From Octopus sinensis (Eukaryota), in the NCBI RefSeq assembly GCF_006345805.1, contig NC_042999.1, forward strand, positions 27,404,001 to 27,468,000: a DNA stretch of 64,000 nt, given 5' to 3'. Numbering within the stretch: position 1 is the first letter of the stretch; each line of letters opens with the position of its first letter. The position numbers and the translations under genes are program-made. The notes below the pieces were generated by a model that was not told where the DNA came from, did no database searches, and worked only from the letters and a program-made list of their open reading frames with translations. Shown one piece after another: positions 12,990 to 24,616 of the stretch.

Positions 12990-14340
12990 CACCACCTGAC
13001 ATAGATTTCGCCTTGCGTGCGTTACTGCTCATCACCATTCTTCGCTCGTAGAAGGGCAAAGATGAAAGATGGTAGGGTACTGACTACACGCAGCAGGTGG
13101 TAGAGAGATTTTGAATATCGTTTGTCTGCAAATGTCTGAATTTAGTGGATTTTCTGTCATTCACAACTCTCACTGGACCTTTGCCTTTCACACTTTCAAA
13201 AGCTTTCTCCATTTTATCATGGCCCGGTATAGAACAATGGAACAGTGAGTCAAAAGTCTTTCGTCTGCCTTCAATAAATATCAACGTAGTGAAAGCAGCT
13301 CCATAGAGTTATTTATTAAAACTTACACATGAATCACCAGCGACAACTTGTACTGTTTTGTGTTATTGCCTAGGCTTTTAAGGGCAGATTCATTTTGAAA
13401 CATCAATCCACTTACGTGCTTTCGTGCTGCCACAGCTCAGCTTTTTATGGAATGCGATGGTTAGGCTGACGCAATAAAACTACGATCCGTCCAACGTTCG
13501 AACTCCTGCATGTGCCAGAAAGATTTTCCTTCTAACAAATTTTTTCTACAGACTGTTACATAATCGAGAATGTTCTGAAGTCCTGAACGTGGATGCTTCC
13601 AAGAAGCCTTATAAATATCCTTTTGGTTGAACCAAGTATTGGTTATCACTAAGTCTAATTCATGACATAGCTATAACAGGAGAATCCCATTTACGTTGGG
13701 TTTCCCCATTGCCTGACTTCCTTTGCTACTTCAAAGTTCAGATTCACGTCCAAAACGGGAATTTATGTCTCCCAGAAATATAAGTTCGTTTTTCTTATCA
13801 ACACTTTTCAGAATGTCTTTCAGATCACCATCAAAGTTATTTCTTTCATTCTTGGGACTGAAAAGTGTTGAAGCATAGAACAGTTGTCATTTTCATGACT
13901 TGTTTTGAGTAAAGTTGCAACTGAAGCATCATTATACGTTCAGAGTGTAGCGGTAATTCGAGGAGGAATTACAACCGTGTTTCGTGGTCTGCTACCACAA
14001 CAGCTCCTTTATAGGATCCAGTTAGCTCAAGACATCATCAGGAGGAACCACGTCCGGTTTCGGCCCCTACTCCTCTACCTTTTTGACGTGGCGGGGTCCC
14101 TCCTTTCGGAGGTGTCTTCAGCTCTGGTGTTGGGTGCATGTCTTCTTTCTTCTTCTTTCTTCTCTTCCCTGGCCTCTTCGATGTATCGTCAGCGAGTGTC
14201 AGCCGGTGACTGACTGTCTTGTCAAAATTCTCTCTTTAAATACCTGCCGCATGGTCTCCAGCAGGCAGCCCCAGCAAGTTGTCATGTGACACTGTCTCAC
14301 CTTAACTGACTAGTGAAGGCACGTAGTTTTAGCCCGTGCT
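12990..14340 (-). pseudogene. Decayed RTE-like LINE: 5' region and AP-endonuclease domain
   Basis: Minus-strand peptides ERIMMLQLQL, ELIFLGDINSRFG, GKPNVNGILLL, ITNTWFNQKDIYKASWKHPRSG..ILDYV match the APE C-terminal motifs of RTE-clade elements; many stops and frameshifts. Confidence 0.8.
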
Positions 14341-14826
14341 TTTCCTAAACGACCTGCTAGGTAGCCGATCAGATATCACGATGAAACCACAGTAGTTTTA
14401 TGTGGTCGCTTTGTTAAGCAACCACTCAGCATTAAGCATTCCTTTTATTCAATCTTCTAGAATTTTCTCTTTGTGCTCCATAAAAAAGCGGTTTTGTGGT
14501 AATTACGGAATGTTGAGGCTGCAGGACGTTGTGTCTCTTTTCTCGCCACATTCAGCCGATTAATACACCTGACTGATAGTAGACAAACACTTCCTTCGTC
14601 ACGAATGTAGCACAATTAGTTTCCATGTGTGATAGGCCAGCCATAGATTGCTAAATCAGTAAGTTTGCTGTAAACTCTTGGCAGTATGTTTCCCACAGTA
14701 TGTAATTATAGCTGTTAGTATTTGTAAAAGACCAACAGAGATTAAATATTCTGTTAACTATTCGTGGTAGTCACTTATTTCTGTACGCGACCTTCAAAAT
14801 ACATTTTCATTCAGCAACTCAATCAT

Positions 14827-14938
14827 GGAAGGAATTACAACCGTGTTTCGTGGTCTGCTACCACAACAGCTCCTTTATAGGATCCAGTTAGCTCAAGACG
14901 TCATCAGGAGGAACCACGTCCGGTTTCGGCCCCTACTC
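14827..14938. mobile_element. 112-bp copy of an internal segment of the adjacent RTE relic, inserted with a TSD
   Basis: Nearly identical to ~13965-14075; flanked by cattca(g/a)caactcaatcat at 14808-14826 and 14939-14957. Confidence 0.8.
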
Positions 14939-16454
14939 CATTCAACAACTCAATCATTTTAACGTCACGTCAATTGACAACTACAAACAGCAACCACACC
15001 GACATAACTCACAAGACAAACCAGGAGTCAAATGCTGCACTAAATGCGTTTTAACAGCGAAACCAATCCCAATTTCTAGACGCAATTTGATTCTCCCTTG
15101 TAAAATAAGGTGTAACCATACTCTCTTTCTTTTAACTGGCCATCATCAGAAAACTTTGTTTCTGAAAATGTATATATATCGAGGTTATATCAACAAAACA
15201 AGCGCAGTTTCGTGATAACTAAGGGTCTTTTATTCCTGGTGGTTAGGTGTCTCACACTTCCAGCTACTGGATGGTCGATGACTGCTGAGCTCATCCGTCC
15301 TTTGTTTTCCATTTTACTGAATGCCAAATAAAACCCGACCTCCTTACCAAGCAGGCTTGATATGGTTGCCGGATTAGTCACCGGGGACAGGTTGAACTGT
15401 GTTGCATGTTACCAGTAGCTCTAACAGACACCTAACATACATTTATTCATGCGTACATACATTCATATATATACATAAAAAATGATAATACTCGTATTAT
15501 TGAAAACACAAAACACTTCTTCCACGAACAACAAGAAACAGGATGAAGGCAAACAAGACAATAACAAACCGCCGCCATTACACGGACACATACGAGGAAT
15601 TTACCCATAGTAGAAATTATTTGATTTATATTTATTTCCTGACTTCCGAGAGTATTTCTATTTCTATTTTTCAGCATATATTCGCATTAAATATGCAAAT
15701 ATAACTGCTTATGAGTTTAATCTCAAATTACTAAATAGTTCCAGGACAAATACTGTAATAATATTCTTGGACTCTTTCTAAGATAGTAATTAAATATGCA
15801 GAAATATAAACTGGGCGACTTTTTGCATAAATGTTTCTGAAACAATCACTTGTACTCAACAGAAAAATATTGAGTAAGTATCCACTTAGAATATTTGCTC
15901 AATTGAAGGAATTAGAAGCTATTACATTGCAAACATTAGAATATTTGACTTTTAAATAGAGAATATAGTTTAAAAGGAGTGGAGATGAATGTGGTGATAC
16001 GGTGATTATATCAACCCCAACAGAAAAGCAAATTAGACTGGCCAGGTAAAATAAAGAACCTAACAAACAGTAAAGGAATGACATATAACATGTATTACAA
16101 CTGAAGAGGGCATCACAACGGCATATCATGATTGGAAGACACTAAATAACATGTCCCCACAAACAGCTGTTACATAACGATTTAGTGAAAAACCAATTTA
16201 ATAATGATATACGCCAATACTAACAAAGGAACCGATGAATAATCAAATTAAAAGCGAAAATATGACAATAAATTTAAAAAATGATGTTTAAAAACTTACA
16301 TTTGAAAAAAATAACCATAAACGAGTATGCTTGATGGTATATCAAATAAAAAGTGAAATACCGAAAAGATGTCACCCGAATGATCAAAGTGCTAATACTA
16401 TACACTAAAGCTTGATTGGGTCTTGAAGCAGCTGCCTATATTATTGGAATTTCA

Positions 16455-16494
<40 letters not shown>

Positions 16495-16670
16495 AGGGCT
16501 TAGTAAAATAAATTACTTTGCCACATACTGAACTCATTAGAAATAGCAGCTAAAGAAATTTCTTCAGCTATTTCTAATACTTAAAGAAGATCTCTCTCAG
16601 ATAGTGTTTGCCTAAACTAACTCACAAAAGTATGGGGGAAAAAACATTAAAAAATCAAGTGCAAAGGTTA

Positions 16671-16725
16671 TTTGAGAACGTACGTTTCTAGATTAGTCAT
16701 TCGACATTTCTTTCTTCAGCTCAGA
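16671..16725 (-). ncRNA. Type I hammerhead ribozyme in the array unit (6 copies on -, first shown)
   Basis: ucugag CUGAAGA [aaga..guc-gaauu-gac..ucua] GAAA C-GUAC-G UU / cucaaa; palindromic stem III AACGUACGUU; stem II irregular. Confidence 0.65.
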
Positions 16726-19700
16726 ATTCCTTGAATCGGATTTGGGAACACTTAAAGTCGGGAGCATACCCTTTCGGCTTCTAATCACCTATAGAATTCT
16801 GCTCGAACTAAAAGTGCTATCAAATTCGAATATGCAAGCGAAGAATTTCTGCTCTCCCCTTTCCACCAGCGTGGGTTAAAATTGACAAACCCAAGTATTA
16901 ACAGTGAAGACCGCAGAATTTAGCTAAGAGAGAGATGAATTATAATTTCAACAATTGAGGTAAAATTAATTAATTATTAATCAGTTTCACAAGTGTTCAG
17001 TATGTAAAGGGACCATTATAGGCGAATTCAAAATATTACATTATATATAAGGGCTTAGTAAAATAAATTACTTTGCCACATACTGAACTCATTAGAAATA
17101 GCAGCTAAAGAAATTTCTTCAGCTATTTCTAATACTTAAAGAAGATCTCTCTCAGATAGTGTTTGCCTAAACTAACTCACAAAAGTATGGGGGAAAAAAC
17201 ATTAAAAAATCAAGTGCAAAGGTTATTTGAGAACGTACGTTTCTAGATTAGTCAATTCGACATTTCTTTCTTCAGCTCAGAATTCCTTGAATCGGATTTG
17301 GGAACACTTAAAGTCGGAGCATACCCTTTCGGCTTCTAATCACCTATAGAATTCTGCTCGAACTAAAAGTGCTATCAAATTCGAATATGCAAGCGAAGAA
17401 TTTCTGCTCTCCCTCCCTTTCCACCAGCGTGGGTTAAAATTGACAAACACCAAGTATTAACAGTGAAGACCGCAGAATTTAGCTAAGAGAGATGAATATA
17501 ATTTCAACAATTGAGGGTAAAATTAATTAATTATTAATCATTTCACCAAGTGTTCAGTATGTAAAGGGACCATTATAGGCGAATTCAAAATATTACATAT
17601 ATATAAGGGCTTAGTAAAATAAATTACTTTGCCACATACTGAACTCATTAGAAATAGCAGCTAAAGAAATTTCTTCAGCTATTTCTAATACTTAAAGAAG
17701 ATCTCTCTCAGATAGTGTTTGCCTAAACTAACTCACAAAAGTATGGGGGAAAAAACATTAAAAAATCAAGTGCAAAGGTTATTTGAGAACGTACGTTTCT
17801 AGATTAGTCAATTCGACATTTCTTTCTTCAGCTCAGAATTCCTTGAATCGGATTTGGGAACACTTAAAGTCGGGAGCATACCCTTTCGGCTTCTAATCAC
17901 CTATAGAATTCTGCTCGAACTAAAAGTGCTATCAAATTCGAATATGCAAGCGAAGAATTTCTGCTCTCCCCTTTCCACCAGCGTGGGTTAAAATTGACAA
18001 ACCCAAGTATTAACAGTGAAGACCGCAGAATTTAGCTAAGAGATGAATTATAATTTCAACAATTGAGGGTAAAATTAATTAATTATTAATCAGTTTCACC
18101 AAGTGTTCAGTATGTAAAGGGACCATTATAGGCGAATTCAAAATATTACATTATATATAAGGGCTTAGTAAAATAAATTACTTTGCCACATACTGAACTC
18201 ATTAGAAATAGCAGCTAAAGAAATTTCTTCAGCTATTTCTAATACTTAAAGAAGATCTCTCTCAGATAGTGTTTGCCTAAACTAACTCACAAAAGTATGG
18301 GGGAAAAAACATTAAAAAATCAAGTGCAAAGGTTATTTGAGAACGTACGTTTCTAGATTAGTCAATTCGACATTTCTTTCTTCAGCTCAGATTCCTTGAA
18401 TCGGATTTGGGAACACTTAAGTCGGGAGCATACCCTTTCGGCTTCTAATCACCTATAGAATTCTGCTCGAACTAAAAGTGCTATCAATTCGAATATGCAA
18501 GCGAAGAATTTCTGCTCTCCCCTTTCCACCAGCGTGGGTTAAAATTGACAAACACCAAGTATTAACAGTGAAGACCGCAGAATTTAGCTAAGAGAGATGA
18601 ATTATAATTTCAACATTGAGGGTAAAATTAATTAATTATTAATCAGTTTCACCAAGTGTTCAGTATGTAAAGGGACCATTATAGGCGAATTCAAAATTTA
18701 CATTATATATAAGGGCTTAGTAAAATAAATTACTTTGCCACATACTGAACTCATTAGAAATAGCAGCTAAAGAAATTTCTTCAGCTATTTCTAATACTTA
18801 AAGAAGATCTCTCTCAGATAGTGTTTGCCTAAACTAACTCACAAAAGTATGGGGGAAAAAACATTAAAAAATCAAGTGCAAAGGTTATTTGAGAACGTAC
18901 GTTTCTAGATTAGTCAATTCGACATTTCTTTCTTCAGCTCAGAATTCCTTGAATCGGATTTGGGAACACTTAAAGTCGGGAGCATACCCTTTCGGCTTCT
19001 AATCACCTATAGAATTCTGCTCGAACTAAAAGTGCTATCAAATTCGAATATGCAAGCGAAGAATTTCTGCTCTCCCCTTTCCACCAGCGTGGGTTAAAAT
19101 TGACAAACACCAAGTATTAACAGTGAAGACCGCAGAATTTAGCTAAGAGAGATGAATTATAATTTCAACAATTGAGGGTAAAATTAATTAATTATTAATC
19201 AGTTTCACCAAGTGTTCAGTATGTAAAGGGACCATTATAGGCGAATTCAAAATATTACATTATATATAAGGCTTAGTAAAATAAATTACTTTGCCACATA
19301 CTGAACTCATTAGAAATAGCAGCTAAAGAAATTTCTTCAGCTATTTCTAATACTTAAAGAAGATCTCTCTCAGATAGTGTTTGCCTAAACTAACTCACAA
19401 AAGTATGGGGGAAAAAACATTAAAAAATCAAGTGCAAAGGTTATTTGAGAACGTACGTTTCTAGATTAGTCAATTCGACATTTCTTTCTTCAGCTCAGAA
19501 TTCCTTGAATCGGATTTGGGAACACTTAAAGTCGGGAGCATACCCTTTCGGCTTCTAATCACCTATAGAATTCTGCTCGAACTAAAAGTGCTATCAAATT
19601 CGAATATGCAAGCGAAGAATTTCTTTAGCTGCTATTTCTAATGAGTTCAGTATGTGGCAAAGTAATTTATTTTACTAAGCCCTTATATATAATGTAATAT

Positions 19701-19985
19701 TTTGAATTCGCCTATAATGGTCCCTTTACATACTGAACACTTGGTGAAACTGATTAATATTAATTAATTTTACCCTCAATTGTTGAAATTATAATTCATC
19801 TCTCTTAGCTAAATTCTGCGGTCTTCACTGTTAATACTTGGTGTTTGTCAATTTTAACCCACGCTGGTGGAAAGGGGAGAGCAGAAATTCTTCGCTTGCA
19901 TATTCGAATTTGATAGCACTTTTAGTTCGAGCAGAATTCTATAGGTGATTAGAAGCCGAAAGGGTATGCTCCCGATTCAAGGAAT

Positions 19986-20041
19986 TCTGAGCTGAAGAAA
20001 GAAATGTCGAATTGACTAATCTAGAAACGTACGTTCTCAAA
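19986..20041 (+). ncRNA. Same hammerhead in the inverted arm (3 copies on +, first shown)
   Basis: tctgag CTGAAGA aagaaatgtcgaattgactaatcta GAAA CGTACG TT ctcaaa. Confidence 0.65.
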
Positions 20042-21428
20042 TAACCTTTGCACTTGATTTTTTAATGTTTTTTCCCCCATACTTTTGTGAGTTAGTTTAG
20101 GCAAACACTATCTGAGAGAGATCTTCTTTAAGTATTAGAAATAGCTGAAGAAATTTCTTTAGCTGCTATTTCTAATGAGTTCAGTATGTGGCAAAGTAAT
20201 TTATTTTACTAAGCCCTTATATATAATGTAATATTTTGAATTCGCCTATAATGGTCCCTTTACATACTGAACACTTGGTGAAACTGATTAATAATTAATT
20301 AATTTTACCCTCAATTGTTGAAATTATAATTCATCTCTCTTAGCTAAATTCTGCGGTCTTCACTGTTAATACTTGGTGTTTGTCAATTTTAACCCACGCT
20401 GGTGGAAAGGGGAGAGCAGAAATTCTTCGCTTGCATATTCGAATTTGATAGCACTTTTAGTTCGAGCAGAATTCTATAGGTGATTAGAAGCCGAAAGGGT
20501 ATGCTCCCGACTTTAAGTGTTCCCAAATCCGATTCAAGGAATTCTGAGCTGAAGAAAGAATGTCGAATTGACTAATCTAGAACGTACGTTCTCAAATAAC
20601 CTTTGCACTTGATTTTTTAATGTTTTTTCCCCCATACTTTTGTGAGTTAGTTTAGGCAAACACTATCTGAGAGAGATCTTCTTTAAGTATTAGAAATAGC
20701 TGAAGAATTTCTTTAGCTGCTATTTCTAATGAGTTCAGTATGTGGCAAAGTAATTTATTTTACTAAGCCCTTATATATAATGTAATATTTTGAATTCGCC
20801 TATAATGGTCCCTTTACATACTGAACACTTGGTGAAACTGATTAATAATTAATTAATTTTACCCTCAATTGTTGAAATTATAATTCATCTCTCTTAGCTA
20901 AATTCTGCGGTCTTCACTGTTAATACTTGGTGTTTGTCAATTTTAACCCACGCTGGTGGAAAGGGGAGAGCAGAATTCTTCGCTTGCATATTCGAATTTG
21001 ATAGCACTTTTAGTTCGAGCAGAATTCTATAGGTGATTAGAAGCCGAAAGGGTATGCTCCCGACTTTAAGTGTTCCAAATCCGATTCAAGGAATTCTGAG
21101 CTGAAGAAAGAAATGTCGAATTGACTAATCTAGAAACGTACGTTCTCAAATAACCTTTGCACTTGATTTTTTAATGTTTTTTCCCCCATACTTTTGTGAG
21201 TTAGTTTAGGCAAACACTATCTGAGAGAGATCTTCTTTAGTATTAGAAATAGCTGAAGAAATTTCTTTAGCTGCTATTTCTAATGAGTTCAGTATGTGGC
21301 AAAGTAATTTATTTTACTAAGCCCTTATATATAATGTAATATTTTGAATTCGCCTATAATGGTCCCTTTACATACTGAACACTTGGTGAAACTGATTAAT
21401 AATTAATTAATTTTACCCTCAATTGTTG

Positions 21429-21502
<74 letters not shown>

Positions 21503-21579
21503 TTCAGTATATATGTAAGTATATATATTTCAGTATATATATGTAAGTATCTAAGCAAGTATGCACATCTATCTATCTA

Positions 21580-21655
<76 letters not shown>

Positions 21656-21879
21656 ATATGCATATATATGTGCATATATATATATGTATGTATCTATGCA
21701 TATACATGCAAACAAACACACACACATATAAGTATTAATGTTTGTTTTTATATTTAGTTATGATAAAAGGTAAAATAAAAGCATTAATTTGAGGGGTTAC
21801 TCTATACTTTTGTGGAGTACAAATTTATTCTTAAACAAGAATGTTGTTGACAATAACTTCGATTTTTCAGCCAATTAAA

Positions 21880-21925
<46 letters not shown>

Positions 21926-22526
21926 ATATATATATCATAAACCTAATTAAAACATAAACTTTAGTAGAAAAATCTGGTGATTTTGAATGTGATGTTACAA
22001 AAAGATCAGATATTTTATACCAAAGCTTGCGTGGGTCTTGAAGTTGATGCTTATATTGTAGGAAATTCAATTGAAGTACATTTTTTTTAACTCATAAAAA
22101 TGATCAAACGTCGATGTGTTTGAAGTAGAGATAACTTTTCTATGCGTTGATAAGATCGCAATTATCAAAGCCTAACATTCTGTTAGTGGCACTGTAATCG
22201 ATACGAGAAAATTGTTATTTTTAATATCTTCATTAACATAAAGGCAGACACGGTCCGACAAAGTGGGGAATACGATAACATCTTAAATTCTGCTACAAAA
22301 ATGCTATTAAGTTACGAGCAAATTTTTTTTTCTTTACATTTCTTTAGCTTCAATTCATCGAATAGATGACTAGCATTCATTCAGATTACCATACCTTTAA
22401 AGATGTTTTGGCAGAATCACACACACACATACATACATACATTCATACATACATACCTAAATGTATATATACATATATATATATATATACATATATATAT
22501 AAATATATATATATATACATACATAC

Positions 22527-22568
<42 letters not shown>

Positions 22569-22852
22569 TATATACATAGATACATATATAAATCGAAAAT
22601 AACAGTCAACAAAAATCAATGGGAGGTACACAGTAAATGTATTAGGTTGTCGCTCAATTTCGGATGGATAAAAAGAGGGTATGTGTGACGTTTCGGACAT
22701 AATGTTTCGTCAAAATGAGGGAAGACGAAGGGTTCGGAGTGAAGGACAAAATAGCCCAAGAAAAGCACGTGTGTAGTTGCATGACTGATGCGGCATGTGT
22801 ACAAGGATGACACGCAAATTCATGAAGCGTTCCATATTTTTCGAAGGTGCAG

Positions 22853-23240
22853 GCATGGCTGCGTTGTAAGAAGCTTGCTTCCCATCTACACGTTTCTGGA
22901 CTCATTCTCACCGCATGGTACCTTGGGCAAGTATCTTCTATTAAAGCTTCGGGCTAGTCAAAGCTCTGTGGGTGGCTTTGTATGACGGAAACTGAAAGAA
23001 AAGTGCATATGTGTGTATGTGTGTGTGTTTGTCTTTGTGTCTGTGTTTATCCCTTCCCCATCGCTTGACAACCGCTGTTGGTGTGTTTACGTTCATGTAA
23101 CTTAGTGTTTCGGCAAGAGAGCACGATAAAATAAGTACTAAACCTAAAATTGTTAGTCCTGGGGATAATCTGCCCGACTAAAATCCCTTAAGTCGGTGTC
23201 CCAGCATGGCTGCTGTCAAATGACTGAAACAAGTAAAAGA
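22853..23240 (+). mobile_element. Degenerate CORE-like tRNA SINE with internal (TG)n and 3' domain
   Basis: ccttgggcaagtatcttcta...gacggaaactgaaagaa...gtcaaatgactgaaacaagtaaaaga matches 29693-30110. Confidence 0.8.
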
Positions 23241-23299
23241 TATGTGTGTGTGTGTGTGTGTACAAACATACACGCATACATACATGCACAATACATACA

Positions 23300-24020
23300 T
23301 ACATGCAGTAAAGAGATGAGATCCCAAGATTCCCGATATAGGAGGCACTAACTAACGCTCAAATGATTTGAAGTTGCGCTCCGAAACCTTTGCCGATACT
23401 GCCGTACTCTATAAATGTTTATTACCCAAGTTTATGCTTCTGTATCGGTAGATGATACTGTGATGACATATTTGAACAACTGTTTATGGTTGGTATCATC
23501 GGTGTTAACTTTACAAAGATTGCGACGGTTATCACATTTTGGACATTTTGGTGTTTTTTCTGCGCTTCTATCCCTTTTGTGAATCAGTATTTGGTTGAGA
23601 GTTCCCGTTCCTGGATTGTGAACCCGTACCCTTCAAAGTGAGAGCTAGTAACCTGGCTGTCAGTCCTTGATAGATTGCTTTGATTATCAATGTTACTATC
23701 ATCCCTGAGCTTTCTGTTAACATATCCATACTTGGTCTTCTGCTGATATCCGCTCATTCTTTCATATGATGATATGTTGCAGCTGTGTCGTGCGACGTCA
23801 TTAATCATGTATTTAAGTTTATCAAGAATTTTGCTCGAGTAGCTGCTTTCAAAATCTTGTGATAATATCTGTTTCGTGTATGTCAACTTTATCTAGGGAT
23901 GCACTTCGACACTTGCCGGTAAAAAGATGTTAACGAAGGGGTATATGGCATTCAAAGTCAGTCTGGATTGATGATAAGCCTCTGCCTCCTAGATATCGTC
24001 TTAGGCAGAGGCGGTCTCTA
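23300..24020 (-). pseudogene. Relic of an R4/RLE-type non-LTR retrotransposon (thumb to CCHC knuckle region)
   Basis: Minus-strand peptides RGLSSIQTDFECHI, VTSSHFEGYGFTIQERELSTKY, CDNRRNLCKV..NH, INSCSNMSSQYHLPI resemble the FEGY..AIQEQE..TKY / CRLC...HI...C...RHD region of R4-like elements (from memory). Confidence 0.65.
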
Positions 24021-24557
24021 TCGCTGTTGATATGAAAATTGTTTTGTGTTGGTCGAATGTATGCATGTATATGCGTCCATGCAACTATTTGATGAGTATT
24101 GGCAAAAGAAACTTCATGTGTTAAACAATGATACCATGGGGCAGTTAGTTCTTAGTTACGCACCATTTATATTTCTTATGCCCTTGCAAAATCAATCAAG
24201 TAGACAAGGTGTTATCGATATCTTTCGATACGAGCTTCCTGAATGATTGAAAGTTGAATATGAATACAAGATTTAATGTATTTCATTAATACAGGGATCA
24301 GAAAACACATACCTGTTAGATCCTGGTGTCGACTGATTTGACTATTCTCTCGAAATATAAAACCTTATTTCTGTTAGTTGTCATTTCGAAAAAGATTAGG
24401 GTCAGTGTGCATACGTGTTTGAGTGTGTATCTATGAATGGATGTATGAATATATGTATGTTGTTGTAAATATAGATAGGCAGATAGATGAATATATAAAT
24501 AAATACAGATATACATACAGAGATACATTTACCTGTATACGTACATTTAAGTACAAA

Positions 24558-24590
<33 letters not shown>

Positions 24591-24616
24591 ACATATATAT
24601 ATATATATATATATAA

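Larger units (their letters stand above)
16487..21435. repeat. Head-to-head tandem array of a ~555-bp hammerhead-containing unit (~5.65 copies on -, ~3.3 copies on +)
   Basis: tatatataaggg recurs near 16496, 17051, 17607, 18161, 18713, 19270; strand switch at gaagaatttct (19614-19624); both outer ends run into (TA)n. Confidence 0.95.

Noticed and set aside
14040-14125. HDV-like or type II hammerhead in the RTE 5' region
   Set aside because: Pseudoknot arms exist but there is no room for P1.1/P4/J4-2, and only 4 nt separate NUH from CUGAUGA.
14360-14412. GAAACCACA...UGUGGUC hairpin resembling HHR stem III
   Set aside because: Upstream core reads CCGAUCA (G8 lost) and stem I does not pair.
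16487-21435. Array as a CRISPR, rDNA or centromeric satellite
   Set aside because: No spacers, no rRNA similarity, and the central inversion with (TA)n-primed ends does not fit.
16390-22070. Diverged ~70-bp similarity at 16390-16460 and 22010-22070 as a TSD of the array
   Set aside because: Too diverged and not adjacent to the right junction; more likely an old unrelated duplication.
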